Of a stretch of 64,000 nt of DNA, positions 26,102 to 37,464 are shown one piece after another. The position numbers and the translations under genes were made by a program. Positions within the stretch are counted from its first letter, which is position 1. Each line of letters begins with the position of its first letter. The notes below the pieces were generated by a model. It saw nothing but the letters and a program-made list of their open reading frames with translations, searched no databases and was not told the DNA's origin. Source of the DNA: Oculina patagonica (taxonomy: Eukaryota); assembly GCF_052425735.1 (NCBI RefSeq), contig NC_135759.1, positions 43,834,001-43,898,000 of the forward strand. Direction: 5' to 3'.

Positions 26102-28708
26102 TCAGAAGTTAACTGATCTGATCTTCATCTCACTTCGTTTCAGGGAGTAGTAATGTCCCTTCCAGTGATACCAGTTGACACCATCAGCGTATGATGAATG
26201 CTGTCCGCCATGATGATACAGACCGTTCAGGTTGGAGTGATGACAGGCAGTGTACCACCAGGCTCCTTTAAAGCCCACAGCACAGTTACTGCCCCAGGAG
26301 TCGTTGTCCTGATCTTTGGTCGTAAAGGGGTAGCCATTGTGCAGGGTAAGAGAATCACCAGCGGATCCTAAAGGGCAAAAACAATTTTGATGAATAGATC
26401 TGGAGGGACCTACTAATTTGTGTTCTCGTATACACCAGCCCTCTCCCCCACCTCAACATGGGATATGCATAAGGGCAAATCGTACCACAACTGAATTTCC
26501 AAAACAGAAGGGCAAAATAAAACCTGTGCAAGTGCATTTCGCCCTTTAGAAACATGTTTGTTTCTAGCCGTTTCCAACCAGGATGGATGCTTTTCTTCTT
26601 CTACTTCTGAACTAAGATATTTTGGTTAACTGGCATCAACAATGCACGAAAAAAATTCTCCAAAACTAATTTTGGACTACATGTTTATATAATTATGTTT
26701 ATTAGTGAACTGGACTCACTACGCTCAGTTATGTGCACTTTGCTCATCTCCAGACTGAGGTAACACACTAGCCTAGCAGTGGACAGCTGTTTCGTCCTCT
26801 TTGGGACTCGTCAGCACTGCGTAAGGCATGGTGGTAATGGGAGAAAAGTTCTTATTTCTCCCACCTCAGTGATCCAACACTTGTGGTACACAAGGTGGAT
26901 CTCTGGAGACGAGCGCACCAGTAGTCTTAGACTACCGTTGAGGATAGGTTAGTTTAACTAACCAAAAAACACCTCAAAAATACGCCGTCCAGGAGCGAGA
27001 CAATAAAGTAAGCACTTGTACGTACACATCAGTCTGGAGATGAGCAAAGTGCACATACCTGAGCGTAGTGAGTCCAGTTCACTAATAAACATAATTATAT
27101 TATGTGTCTCAGGGTTACACTATATACGTGTATATATGTGTATGTACAAGTGCTTACTTTACATGTTTATAGTTTTGAATTCCTCTGATTTCAAACTTAT
27201 CGTATACCTGAATATGATCCAAGACTCAAACTGTATTTAGATGCCTCATCCCCGATTGCAAACGAATCGTACTCGGCATATTTCGTATTTCCTTCCCAGT
27301 CTTCTAGATCCACTCGAAGTTTGCCATTTTCACTTTGGGTGAGGCGGTGTATCTTGTCTAACCCAAGCCAAAACTCGCCATTTAGGTCACCGAAGCCATT
27401 TTTGTAGTCAGCCCAGTCGCGGTAGAAATCAACGGAGCCGTCCAGCCTCTTCTGGAACACTGTCCACCCCCCACCGGCTGTTGCTTGGTCACAAAACACA
27501 TCAAAGGCACCTGAACCATCAGGGTCGATTGTATAAACACCGCTGGTTGTTTTACCAGATTTGTAAAGCTCAGCACAGCTCTTTGGAGCTAGAGGGGAGA
27601 GTTAAATTAAAGAATTCAGTCCTGCTAAAGGCTTTAAACTATCTCATAAGATTTCTGTTCCACAATATCTTGTAAAACGAAATTCTTGTTGTGATTTTCT
27701 TAAAGAAATGTTTCAAGTGTGACATAGAGGATATTATTATATAGCCGCGAGTGTTTTACTGGAAAATAGACCCCTCGTAAAATTCATACGAAACTGCATC
27801 CGGGACTGTAGTGGCGGATTTTCCATATCCTCACGATCACTAGTGAGGATATCGATGACGTAATTTCCCGCCTTTACACGGTTGTTTGTGCAAAGCTGTC
27901 AAACGTCGGCTGGAAATGGCGAGCTATCGACTCAAAAAGTTCACTGAAGTCGAAATAAAAGCTTTTACTGAGGAGCAGTAAAATGCTAACACGAAGAAGA
28001 AAACTTCATATGACTTGAAATTATTTAAAAGAGCTTCTTGCTTGTGGAGAGTCAGACGAAGGGAGGGAAAATAAAAAAAAATTCAGCTGCCGAACTGCAA
28101 GACTTCGCGATCAGAAATCAGAAAAGCAGTGAGTTTGAGCAGAAAGAGATTTCAAACGGTGAATTATATTATCAGTGATAGTGATGAAAGCTAATAAACA
28201 GAGTATACATTTACGTTATAGATCTTCTGAAAGCTTCAGTTCGCGAAATTTTGCCTTTCAGATTGGCAACTTGCTCAATTGTTATAATTATCCGTCGCTC
28301 ATGTTGATGAATGAATAAAATGTTTTAACTTTGACTTCATGCCCGATTTTTGTCTATATAATAAAAAGAAAATTACACGGTGGCGTGAAGAATTTTATTT
28401 TCTCGTGGTAAAAGCAATATTTTACTCATTCGCTGCGCTCATTCGTAAAATATTGCTTTACCACTCGAAAATAAAATTCATATATTCGCGCCGCCGTGTA
28501 ATATCCTCTATTTATTGCATATCGCGTTTGTTTTACAGTATGTGAATGTAAAACTGAACTTACTGTTACAGTTGCAGTTCTGCAGAGCAGTAATAGCATC
28601 CTGTAACTGTTTGATAACTTTGTCTTTACAAGCCGAGAGACTGAGATTGGCTTCCTCCATAACAGCAAACAGCACAAGAAAAGTGAGAATCCACGTTTGG
28701 GCTGCCAT
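26102..28708 (-). CDS. FReD lectin copy 2 (signal peptide + Cys neck + FReD)
   Basis: Exons 28708-28564, 27588-27208, 26367-26102; [19 protein letters not shown]...LQNCNCN; FReD ends [13 protein letters not shown]...SSYADG...MKIRSVNF*. Confidence 0.92.
26687..27100. mobile_element. Penelope/retrozyme-like insert bounded by ~70-bp inverted repeats, containing a hammerhead
   Basis: atataattatgtttattagtgaactggactcactacgctcag...ctccagactga is mirrored at ~27028-27100. Confidence 0.7.
26776..26820 (-). ncRNA. Type I hammerhead ribozyme (minimal, palindromic stem III)
   Basis: Minus strand GCAGUG-CUGACGA-GUCC caaaga GGAC-GAAAC agcu GUC-CACUGC: complete core, with stems I and II fully paired. Confidence 0.85.
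27725..28510. mobile_element. Degenerate element with TIR tagaggatatta and a Crypton/DUF3504-like coding remnant
   Basis: TIR tagaggatatta / taatatcctcta; remnant [15 protein letters not shown] near 27982; related sequence at 41315-41430. Confidence 0.55.
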
Positions 28709-31082
28709 GCCTGAAAACTAATTAAAACACAACAAATTTTATTTGATTATCCATTGAGTGTGACTGGGTCGGGCACGTAGCAGCCGTCGAAGCATTGGTT
28801 TTCATTAGTTACAATAGTCAGGTGCGACTATAGAAATACAAAATATGCATGATATTTAGAGTTCTTAAACTTAAAACCGAATTGGCGGTTAATTATTTTA
28901 CTATGACTCGGCTGTGCGTTTTCCTCAAATGGCAAACCGGTTTCTACCCTGCGAGCAGCTGGTTTCCTCTACGCTCCTCTTTGCTACGTAGCGTGACTGA
29001 AAGAGTGTAGAGGAAATATTTATAAATTGATCACATAACGATGTTATCACTTATCATTCCAGTTCTTAACATATTTCATAATAAGTGAAAGACAAAATAA
29101 CGGTTACTTGAAATGGTGTCATGACGACGGACGTTGTTATCGATTATCTCATTCAAATATTCCATAACCGATGTTAGCGCTCGAAAAGCTCTGAAACATT
29201 TTTTCGAAAACTCTGTCGCTCATTTTTATTCTTAAATGATTATCGAAATTTAATCTCATTCGAATATTTCATAATAAAAATGGAAAACGGCCGCTAACCG
29301 CCCACCGACGTTAGCGCTTGAGAAAGTTTTTATTGGGAAAATTTAAATTTACAAGCCTCCAGCTTGAGCTTACATATTTTTTGAAAAAAATCTGTCAACG
29401 ACCTCGTGTTTTAGTAGGCTATACATAAAACACAGTTATTTTCATTGCACGTATATTATTTAAACTTATAGCCCTATTTACATAAACGATCAGGCAAGGA
29501 TGAAATATTGGCAGGGGTAATTTTAAATTTTGGCAAAACAAGGATGAATTGTGTCGCGTGAACTATTTAAAGTTGCACTTCTTTGCTTTCTTTTTGTTTT
29601 TTGTTTTGGAGCCACGTGTGTATGTCGCTTTTTTCTAAAAAATCGGCGAGGGAAGGGTCAAAAGGAACGCATTATTTTGGCGGCGCGTTTTAACTGAGTT
29701 ACAATCACGGAAAGGTGATAATAGTGGGTCAGACATGAGGTACAATGACAAAAGATCTGAACATTTGAAATTCATCTTCCTTGACGATTTTCCCGTTTGA
29801 AATTACCATTTTGGAAGATTTGTCACGGGAAAAAGAAATGCACTTACTCGGCGAAGCTCATTTTGAAATGTTTGTCTCTTAGTCTTTGTAGAGCAACATT
29901 TTTTTGTCTTAAAAATGCCAAACATTTTGCCAACGATAAGACCAATTTTAAAACAATTTAAGATCATGCAATAAATAAAGCAAATTAATTTAACCATGAA
30001 TTCACTAAAAGGTGGAATTATTAAAAGCTAACAATATTTGGTACAAAAATCAAACCTGACTTCCCTGATTTTGGCTAGCAATACGTACCTCCTGTTGGGA
30101 ACATTAGTGCGACATAGCATTGTCTTTTCTGTTCAAAAGGAGGTTTGGTTTTGTTGAATAAACAAGTTCTCGATTTTTTGTCGCTTTGAGATATTCTGTA
30201 TCGCAAAATATTTTTCAATGAACAGAATGTCCAGATCATCTCCGAAGTGGCCTGTTGACTCGGAGATGTTAGATAGATTACCGTGCCCATATTTTTTGCA
30301 CCACAAAATTTCACATTTCTTTTACATGGCACTTGTCCTATTTAAATTTACCGTGTATTCTATGTCAAAATGTAATCATATTTGAGGCTGAAACAGCTCT
30401 TGATTTTTCGAAATTCCTGTACGACGATGGAATCTTAAGGTGAAAAAAGCAAAACAAAAATACATTACCTTAACTATCTTTTCTTTATCCTGAATGAACA
30501 ATCTGGGTGTCTGCAATAGACTGCGAGCTAGCTTTAACGGAGGAAGCAAAAGATCATTTTTTTAACAAAAGAGGCGAGACCGCCAATACCTGATGCAATA
30601 TTCAGTGTTGACTTTGTAATTACACATGTAATTACCAAACGTTTTAATAAGCGTTATGTTATTATTACTTTCCAACGAACTCTTACACCAAGTCAGTGAA
30701 GAGAATTTGGCAATAAGATTACGAAGATGCGTATTTCAAACGCAAAGATTTCAAACGGGACCTGATGCATGGAATCTTAATCTTAACCGTGACTTTCCTC
30801 GCGTCTAAAGCTCGTTTCCAAGAGAGATTAATACAGCTGTGATAACAAGCATCAACGGTTCTGAGAGTTCCTTTTACATACGCAAACAGTCGTAAGAAAG
30901 CAAGAGCTAGAAACAGCTGTCAGTGGATAAGCAACAAGTTCAGTTATTAAGACACTAGTGTACATGTTATTCTCTGTTGTGTGAAAAAATATTGTGCGTG
31001 CTTACGAAAATTATCACTACGCAAAATTAAAGAAGGAGCCATTGGTTACATATAAATGTCTCTGCAGAATAACAGAGGGTAC

Positions 31083-31221
31083 GATTTCCGCATAGTCCCC
31101 ATACATTAATTCCCGGGATTAATTATTTCACACTACCACTATACACAAACAGCAATCATGAAAAGAACGAATCAGTCAGAAAATTGTATGCATAATTAAT
31201 GTATGGGGCTGTGCGGAAATC
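31083..31221. mobile_element. Short MITE / inverted repeat
   Basis: gatttccgcatagtccccatacattaatt / aattaatgtatggggctgtgcggaaatc. Confidence 0.7.
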
Positions 31222-32648
31222 TTGCCTAACAGAGACATAAAGATTTCTGTTGTGAAAGAGTCGGCGTGAGAAAAAGCAGATTTCAGATTAGTACGTACCA
31301 AATACACTGTGCTAGTCATCCCATTCCCCTTACACGCATAACAGTTAATTTAGCTTACTAGACGAATCTGGACAACTTTCAACCGTTTAACTTCGAGCGA
31401 ATATTTTGCAAAAAATTGTAAGGCTTTTAATGTTACCGTATGCGGTTTAGATTCCCCCGTCTGCTTTCAGATAGTGTTATTTTGACCTAGTTAAAATTGG
31501 TAATTCTAAACGGCCTTGGAGAGCAATCAGTTAATTATTGTTTAATTCGTGCTATAGTTATTAACCTTCGTCGATCAGACACGTGTGTAGTTTCTTCTCT
31601 GGATTTTGAGCACGTTAGAATTGTTACTAATGATTCGAGTATTTTTCTATTTCCCTTCCCACCCACTCAGTTCTTAGTCTAGGTGTTGGTGGGCGAAGTT
31701 TATTAGCTACTTTTTCTTGCTCATGTCCGGCATGTTTGTACGGTCTTTATAGTCAGCAATAAACTTCCATACCCAAAGAAAGGATAAAGGTGTCTTGGTG
31801 TGTTTGTTACAGAGTGCTGAATTGCCAACAGAATACAGCCAAAATAACTTGTCCTGTTGTTGTTCTGGCGATGGTAAGTCGTTGAGAATTCTTGTCTCAA
31901 AATATTTGCTTTGCACGAACGTGACAAAGGTCTTGCAATCCAAAGTTGTGTTGTGTTGTCGCTGTTTCACAAATTTCTCGACCTCTGTATAACGTTTTAC
32001 CTCTCTTGCATCAAGTTTTTTCGAAGGTTTTCCTTTTAAAAGCACTACTTTATACAATACAAATACGTGCTCAATGCGATACTTTGGGCGTATTTAGTAA
32101 CATAGCTCGAAAACAATAAAAATTTCCAACAAGCAAATGCGACGGCTACACGCGTATGTTGCAAATGAATACGCCTTTGGATTACTTACAATACAGTACT
32201 TATACTGCCTTCAATACTTTTTATTTTAGCATAATAAGGCTACAATTACACATTGCTTACTCGCACTTGACAACCTTACACTCCCTGCATTACAATTTAG
32301 CAAAAGAAAAAAAAAATAGAAAGAAAGCGCAAAAACTTATTTGCAATTTAGATTTATATATTTTTTTAATTTTAAGGTGACTTTTTAAAAAAGGAATCCA
32401 AATATTCCGAAAATTTAAACTATTCATTCATACACGTTTAAACTTTTTTTTCGAAAATCCTAATTGTACTCAATGAAAACATGGCGCGCGTTGCCGCCCA
32501 AGCTTTCGGCGGGAAAACTTGGAGGCCGTGATGAACGCCGGAAAACTCTCGTGGAAATACGACCCGTGGGATATGAGCAATATGCAACGGCTTTTTCAGC
32601 CTGTGAACAGGCACTCCTGCGAGGATGGGGCGAAAAGAAAGCGGGATG

Positions 32649-33501
32649 GATCATGACTAATACACCACACGAGTACTACGAGTAACATACGGGTAACATA
32701 CGAGTAACACACGAAACATGCGGACACATACGGGTACATACAGGTATCAAACAAGTAACATACGGATACATACGAGTAACATACGGATACACACGAGTAA
32801 CATACGGATGCATACGAGTAACATACCAGTTCCTTTTTCATTTCACTTTATTTTATTTTTCATTTTTATTTTATGCTCCCCTACCCCCCTTCCCGTCAAA
32901 AAGGTTGCGTGACGAGCCCAAAGATCAAAACGTATTGAAGACGTATAAAGAATTTGAAATGTTATAAGATCAATAGCTCATCTTCTTGAATTCACTTACA
33001 TACGATCTTACCCGTAACATACGAGTAACAGAAGGACACATACGGGGGCATACCAGTTCCTATTTCATTTCACTTTATTTTATTTTGTTTTTTTATTTTT
33101 CATTTTTTTTATTTTTTTTTTTATTTTTCATTTTCGTCACGCAATCTTTTTTGGAGGGGAGAGCGATGGAGGAAACACGTTACATCTAATGACCAATAAT
33201 TTTATTCGATTATTATACTCGTATGTTACCTGTATGTACCCGTAATTGCCCGTATGTTTTGTTTTGTTTACTTGTGTTGCATAAAATAAAAATGAAAAAT
33301 AAAATAAAATAAAATAAAATAAAAAGTGTAATGAAATAGGAACTGGTATGCACCCGTATGTATCCGTATGTTACTCGTATGTATCCGTATGTTACTCGTA
33401 TGTTACCTGTATGTAACCGTATGTACCCGTATGTTCCGTGTGTTACTCGTATGTTACCCGTATGTTACTCGTGGTACTCGTGTGGTGTATTAGTCATGAT
33501 C
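32649..33501. mobile_element. Mutator(MULE)-like foldback element with 9-bp TSD, nested in a smaller repeat (~32598-33676)
   Basis: Long TIRs built of ~10-bp cgagtaacat units starting gatcatgactaatacaccacacgag; TSD agcgggatg at 32640-32648 and 33502-33510. Confidence 0.88.
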
Positions 33502-34525
33502 AGCGGGATGTGGGGAGAAAAAGAATAAAGCCGCTTTTCCGCCCTTTTTGATTAACTTGTCATGAATCTGTCGACAACGTGTCATTACCTCGACCTAGTT
33601 TGTCCGCAGTGCTCCCCCGTTTTAATTCCTCCCCCAGGCTCTTCTCGGTCGAATCAGGAGCCTGCTCGCAGGCTACGGCTTTTACTGAGTAAAGATCCTG
33701 GTTGGCTGTGTTCTTCATGGCATGAGATAAACTGTTGAATAAGTGCTTGCTATTTTCATACCGTTTCATTTATTCATTTTATTTATGATTTACTTTATTT
33801 TACTGTAAACCTGCCATAGAGTATTAAGTATTGACTTCGCAAGTAGTTAAGCGCATATCATTGACTTTCTAAGGAGCTCTTAAATCAATATGAAATGAAA
33901 CAAGAATTTGGCAAAGATAAAAAGATCAACATTATCAAAACTAATCAGGAAATCAAACAAGAATTTATAGATTCGCTTTCTAGAGCTCATAACTTCCTTT
34001 AGTTCTAAAAGCTTACTTTCTTCCAAGATAACCATAAACAACTGTGGTGACATGACTAACAGCGATTGACGACTCAATGTTTAGTAAGACATATAAATTT
34101 AACAAGTATTTCATGGTTTTATAGTGGGGTGTTTAATTTTATTGTTTTGTTTTCTCTTGCGTTATTTTAATAAATCACTTACATGACCTTACCTACACAA
34201 CACAACTTCTGAAGATTACCTAATATTACCTTACAGTGCATTACAGGGCTCGACACTGAATTGCATTGCATTGTGTTACATTAGATTCCCCTACAGACCG
34301 CTGAGAATATTTTTAAAGTCAGCATCCGTAGAACTCCAAAGAAATTTGTAGAGAATACCCAGTTCTTAAATTTATACCAAATCTTGCATCCCTCCCCCGC
34401 CCACTCCCTCTTCAAATCGCTACTTTATGTCATTGTTAGAGCTTCTTTAGAGGAAAAGCTCTGCGAGAGGTAACCAGGACTCTAAGCAGCTCTTTTGAGT
34501 AACTTCATTATTTTATTCAGCTGCG

Positions 34526-35057
34526 TCTGGCTACTCGCTACTCTACAACTCTACTAATTTCAACCTCGAAGGTTCATTAACTATTTAGTAAAATTGTAGA
34601 CATGTTTCGGTTCGAATCTCTGTTACCTTGGAAAACTTGAGACATTCCCGAGGCTTACTTATTTATAGCTTATTTATTTTTTCCATCCTTTAACATGTTT
34701 ATTTTGCATACTTTTGATACTACATTGTACTTCTTTTTTTCTATTGTTTCTAGTAATTGATGTGTCTTGTCTGTTTTTTGAACGTGTCAGGATCTGGCTA
34801 CTCGCTACTCTACAACTCTACTAATTTCAACCTCGAAGGTTCATTAACTATATAGTAAAATTGTAGACATGTTTCGGTTCGAATCTTTGTTACCTTGGAA
34901 AACACATTCCCGAGGCTTATTTATTTATAGCTTATTTATTTTTTCCATCCTTTAACATGTTTATTTTGCATACTTTTGATACTACATTGTACTTTTTTTT
35001 TTCTATTGTTTCTAGTAATTGATGTGTCTTGTCTGTTTTTTGAACGTGTCAGGATCT
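34526..35057. repeat. ~265-bp direct tandem duplication
   Basis: tctggctactcgctactctac...gaacgtgtcagga occurs at 34526 and 34793, near identical. Confidence 0.9.
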
Positions 35058-35610
35058 GTCAGTGACCAAAACGATAGCATATGCTTCTTTGGTCACTAAG
35101 CACATTATATTTTGGCTCTTATTATTGTTATTTTTTCCTTATTTTAATTAATGTATTTTCTGTAAATAGTGTGTAATAGTGTGTGATTTTTGTAAATAGT
35201 GTGAAATAATAAAAAAATCTCAAATCTGAATCTGAAATCTGAAAGCAAATACAAACAGACATGATACATAAGAAAACCAATGACAAATTCAAAAGAATTA
35301 AAACAAATAGGACACGAAACTATAACAGGAACCTTCATGGAGGTCCAAACCAAGGCCAGCAAAAAAATTCCAAGTTCATTAGCCATAGGAACGAATCCTT
35401 CAAATAAAAACACTTAACTAAATAGCCCAAAACCTAAACTTAAAAACTCCTTGAGTGAGGCAAACCCTCGATCACTCGATCACTAACCCAAACATATCCA
35501 CTGAAGAAGGCTATCGATCAGAGCCAAGAGCTCTATAAAAACAATTGATCATAAGCTGAAATTACTCAGCTCTTAGATTTGTTTCACTTGAACATTGTAC
35601 ACAAATTTTC

Positions 35611-35728
35611 CGTTACCGTGACCCACGTTAACCGTGGTGGTAACGAGTTAGAACTGTTATTCAGGTCGAACAACAGGCTTCCAAATTATTCACTAATGAA
35701 GCGTTGTGCGATGGTCTTTAACTGTCAT
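35611..35728 (+). pseudogene. Relic copy of the AP4E1 terminal exon
   Basis: VTHVNRGGNELELLFRSNNRLPNYSLMKRCAMVF vs AP4E1 LHVSCVGDELELSIKSNNRLLNDALMKHCVSVF; acceptor and stop lost. Confidence 0.8.
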
Positions 35729-35929
35729 TTTCACGCCTGGCAGTTTCTGTTTCGTAAATTGCTTGCATCTTATTTATTGTATAAACTAGTAATAACGATA
35801 CGTTAAGTAGTGCGACCATGTGTATTTTGTATAGAATTATCTTTCAAAAATGTTGTAAAATAAAAGAAACTACAGGAATGTGAATTCTAGAAATGAGTTA
35901 TGTTTTATGTGAATTATTGTTTTTCAATC

Positions 35930-36874
35930 CGGTCAGTGTAAAATGCAGACTGCAGACCAGGGGAAAAATACAGACCGAGGGTAAAGTAACGAAATATGAG
36001 TCACAAAGCCATTTTTCCCTGCCGGCTAGCTGCTCCAAATTTCAAAGAAATGTACGCCAGACAACGCTTCGCATGAGTTATCATGAAAATGAAGTGGTGA
36101 TAAATGTCATACAAAATTGATAATTTGATCAAAAGCTATCAAATTAACTTTTTGATACGTTTAAAAACCCGATTTAACTCATTTAACTGGACGGTTTAAG
36201 GATAATTTAGAAAAATAATTCTCTTTTATACCATGCCGACACAGCAAGGTCACGTTCAGCGATCAAATTACTCCACCGCAACAGCTCTTTCAAGTGTTTT
36301 TAACTGGCGCAGATTAAACGCTTCCGCAGTAAAGTTATAAATAATGGCTTTGCTTCGCTAACCGTCGTAATAAAACTCTATTTAAAAAAATAAACGGTAC
36401 AACACTTTTATGTTTATAGAGAGCGGTTAACTTGCTTGCTTGCGTTGCGAATTACAGACGATCGAGGATTTCGTGACACGTCCGGCTGCAACACAAGGTG
36501 ACTTGAGTTTCAATGAGTTCGTGTGCGTAAAAAAATAATTTCCGAAAGGGCACAGCTGAAAGGGCTGTTAACCGTTCAGTTTCATCCAGTTTACTGGTGA
36601 CGAAGACTTGAAGTCTCACAAGGTCAAGTCCGTATTAAAAGTAAAAAATTGAACACATTTTGTGTCGGCATATAAACATTTTAAAACCGCCAGTCCATTC
36701 ACGTGTTCGCTCATGCGAAACGTAATCTGACATACATTTCTTCGAACTTTGGAGTCGGCGGAAGGCTTTGTGACTCGTATTTCGTTACTTTACCCTCTGT
36801 CTGCATTTTTCTTCCGGTCTGCAGTCTTCATTTTACCCTCAATCTGCATTTTAGTCTTCGTTTTACACTAACCG
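35930..36874. mobile_element. Non-autonomous DNA transposon
   Basis: TIR cggtcagtgtaaaa / ttttacactaaccg with subterminal tgcagac repeats; absent from the paralogous region near 47950. Confidence 0.8.
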
Positions 36875-37464
36875 CTCAGAAAACTCATGGGCGATGTGAA
36901 AACATGTTGACATCGTGAAAACACGGGCACGTACGAACACGCCAAATAAGGAATATGGAATTATTGAACGCATGTTTCGCTGCACCAAATATGGATTAAT
37001 TTAATTAAAATCATATGAGCAGGAACATTTGTTCACGTGCTAAATGCCAAATATAGCTCGAGAACAATACAAGCGCCCGCGAATTTTAGGAGTATATAAC
37101 GCAATCGCTAGTCAGCGTCAAAGAAATCTTTCCTCACCAACATTAGAGATGCTCCCAGCGAACTGCGCTGGTGCTTGTTCGCTGGTCGCAATTAAAACAT
37201 TCTATTGAAAAAGTGTTCTGATGTCTACAACATGCATTGAAAGAAACGGATTCTCAAAAAAAGTTATTTATCTACAGTGCAAAACGGAAGAAAGTTAGTA
37301 GTTACTATATTGATTGCAACCATAATAACGTTAAACTCACACCATAGCTAGACCCTGAAGGCCAGATTCAACATTTTAAAGGAACGGTTTTCAGTCACAG
37401 ATAACATGTGTAAACACAACTAATGGGTTCCTCAGGTGCAAGGCATAACGATAACAGCAAAGCT

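Noticed and set aside
31707-32057. 116-aa minus-strand ORF
   Set aside because: No ATG start, no recognisable motif or splice context; possibly a transposon remnant but unsupported.
34595-34650. Minus-strand CGAAACAUGUC hammerhead-like half in the tandem duplication
   Set aside because: No CUGANGA upstream of the putative stem II.
35495-35535. ctgaagaaggc...gcc possible hammerhead
   Set aside because: Lacks the GAAA core and a paired stem I; at most a decayed Penelope end.
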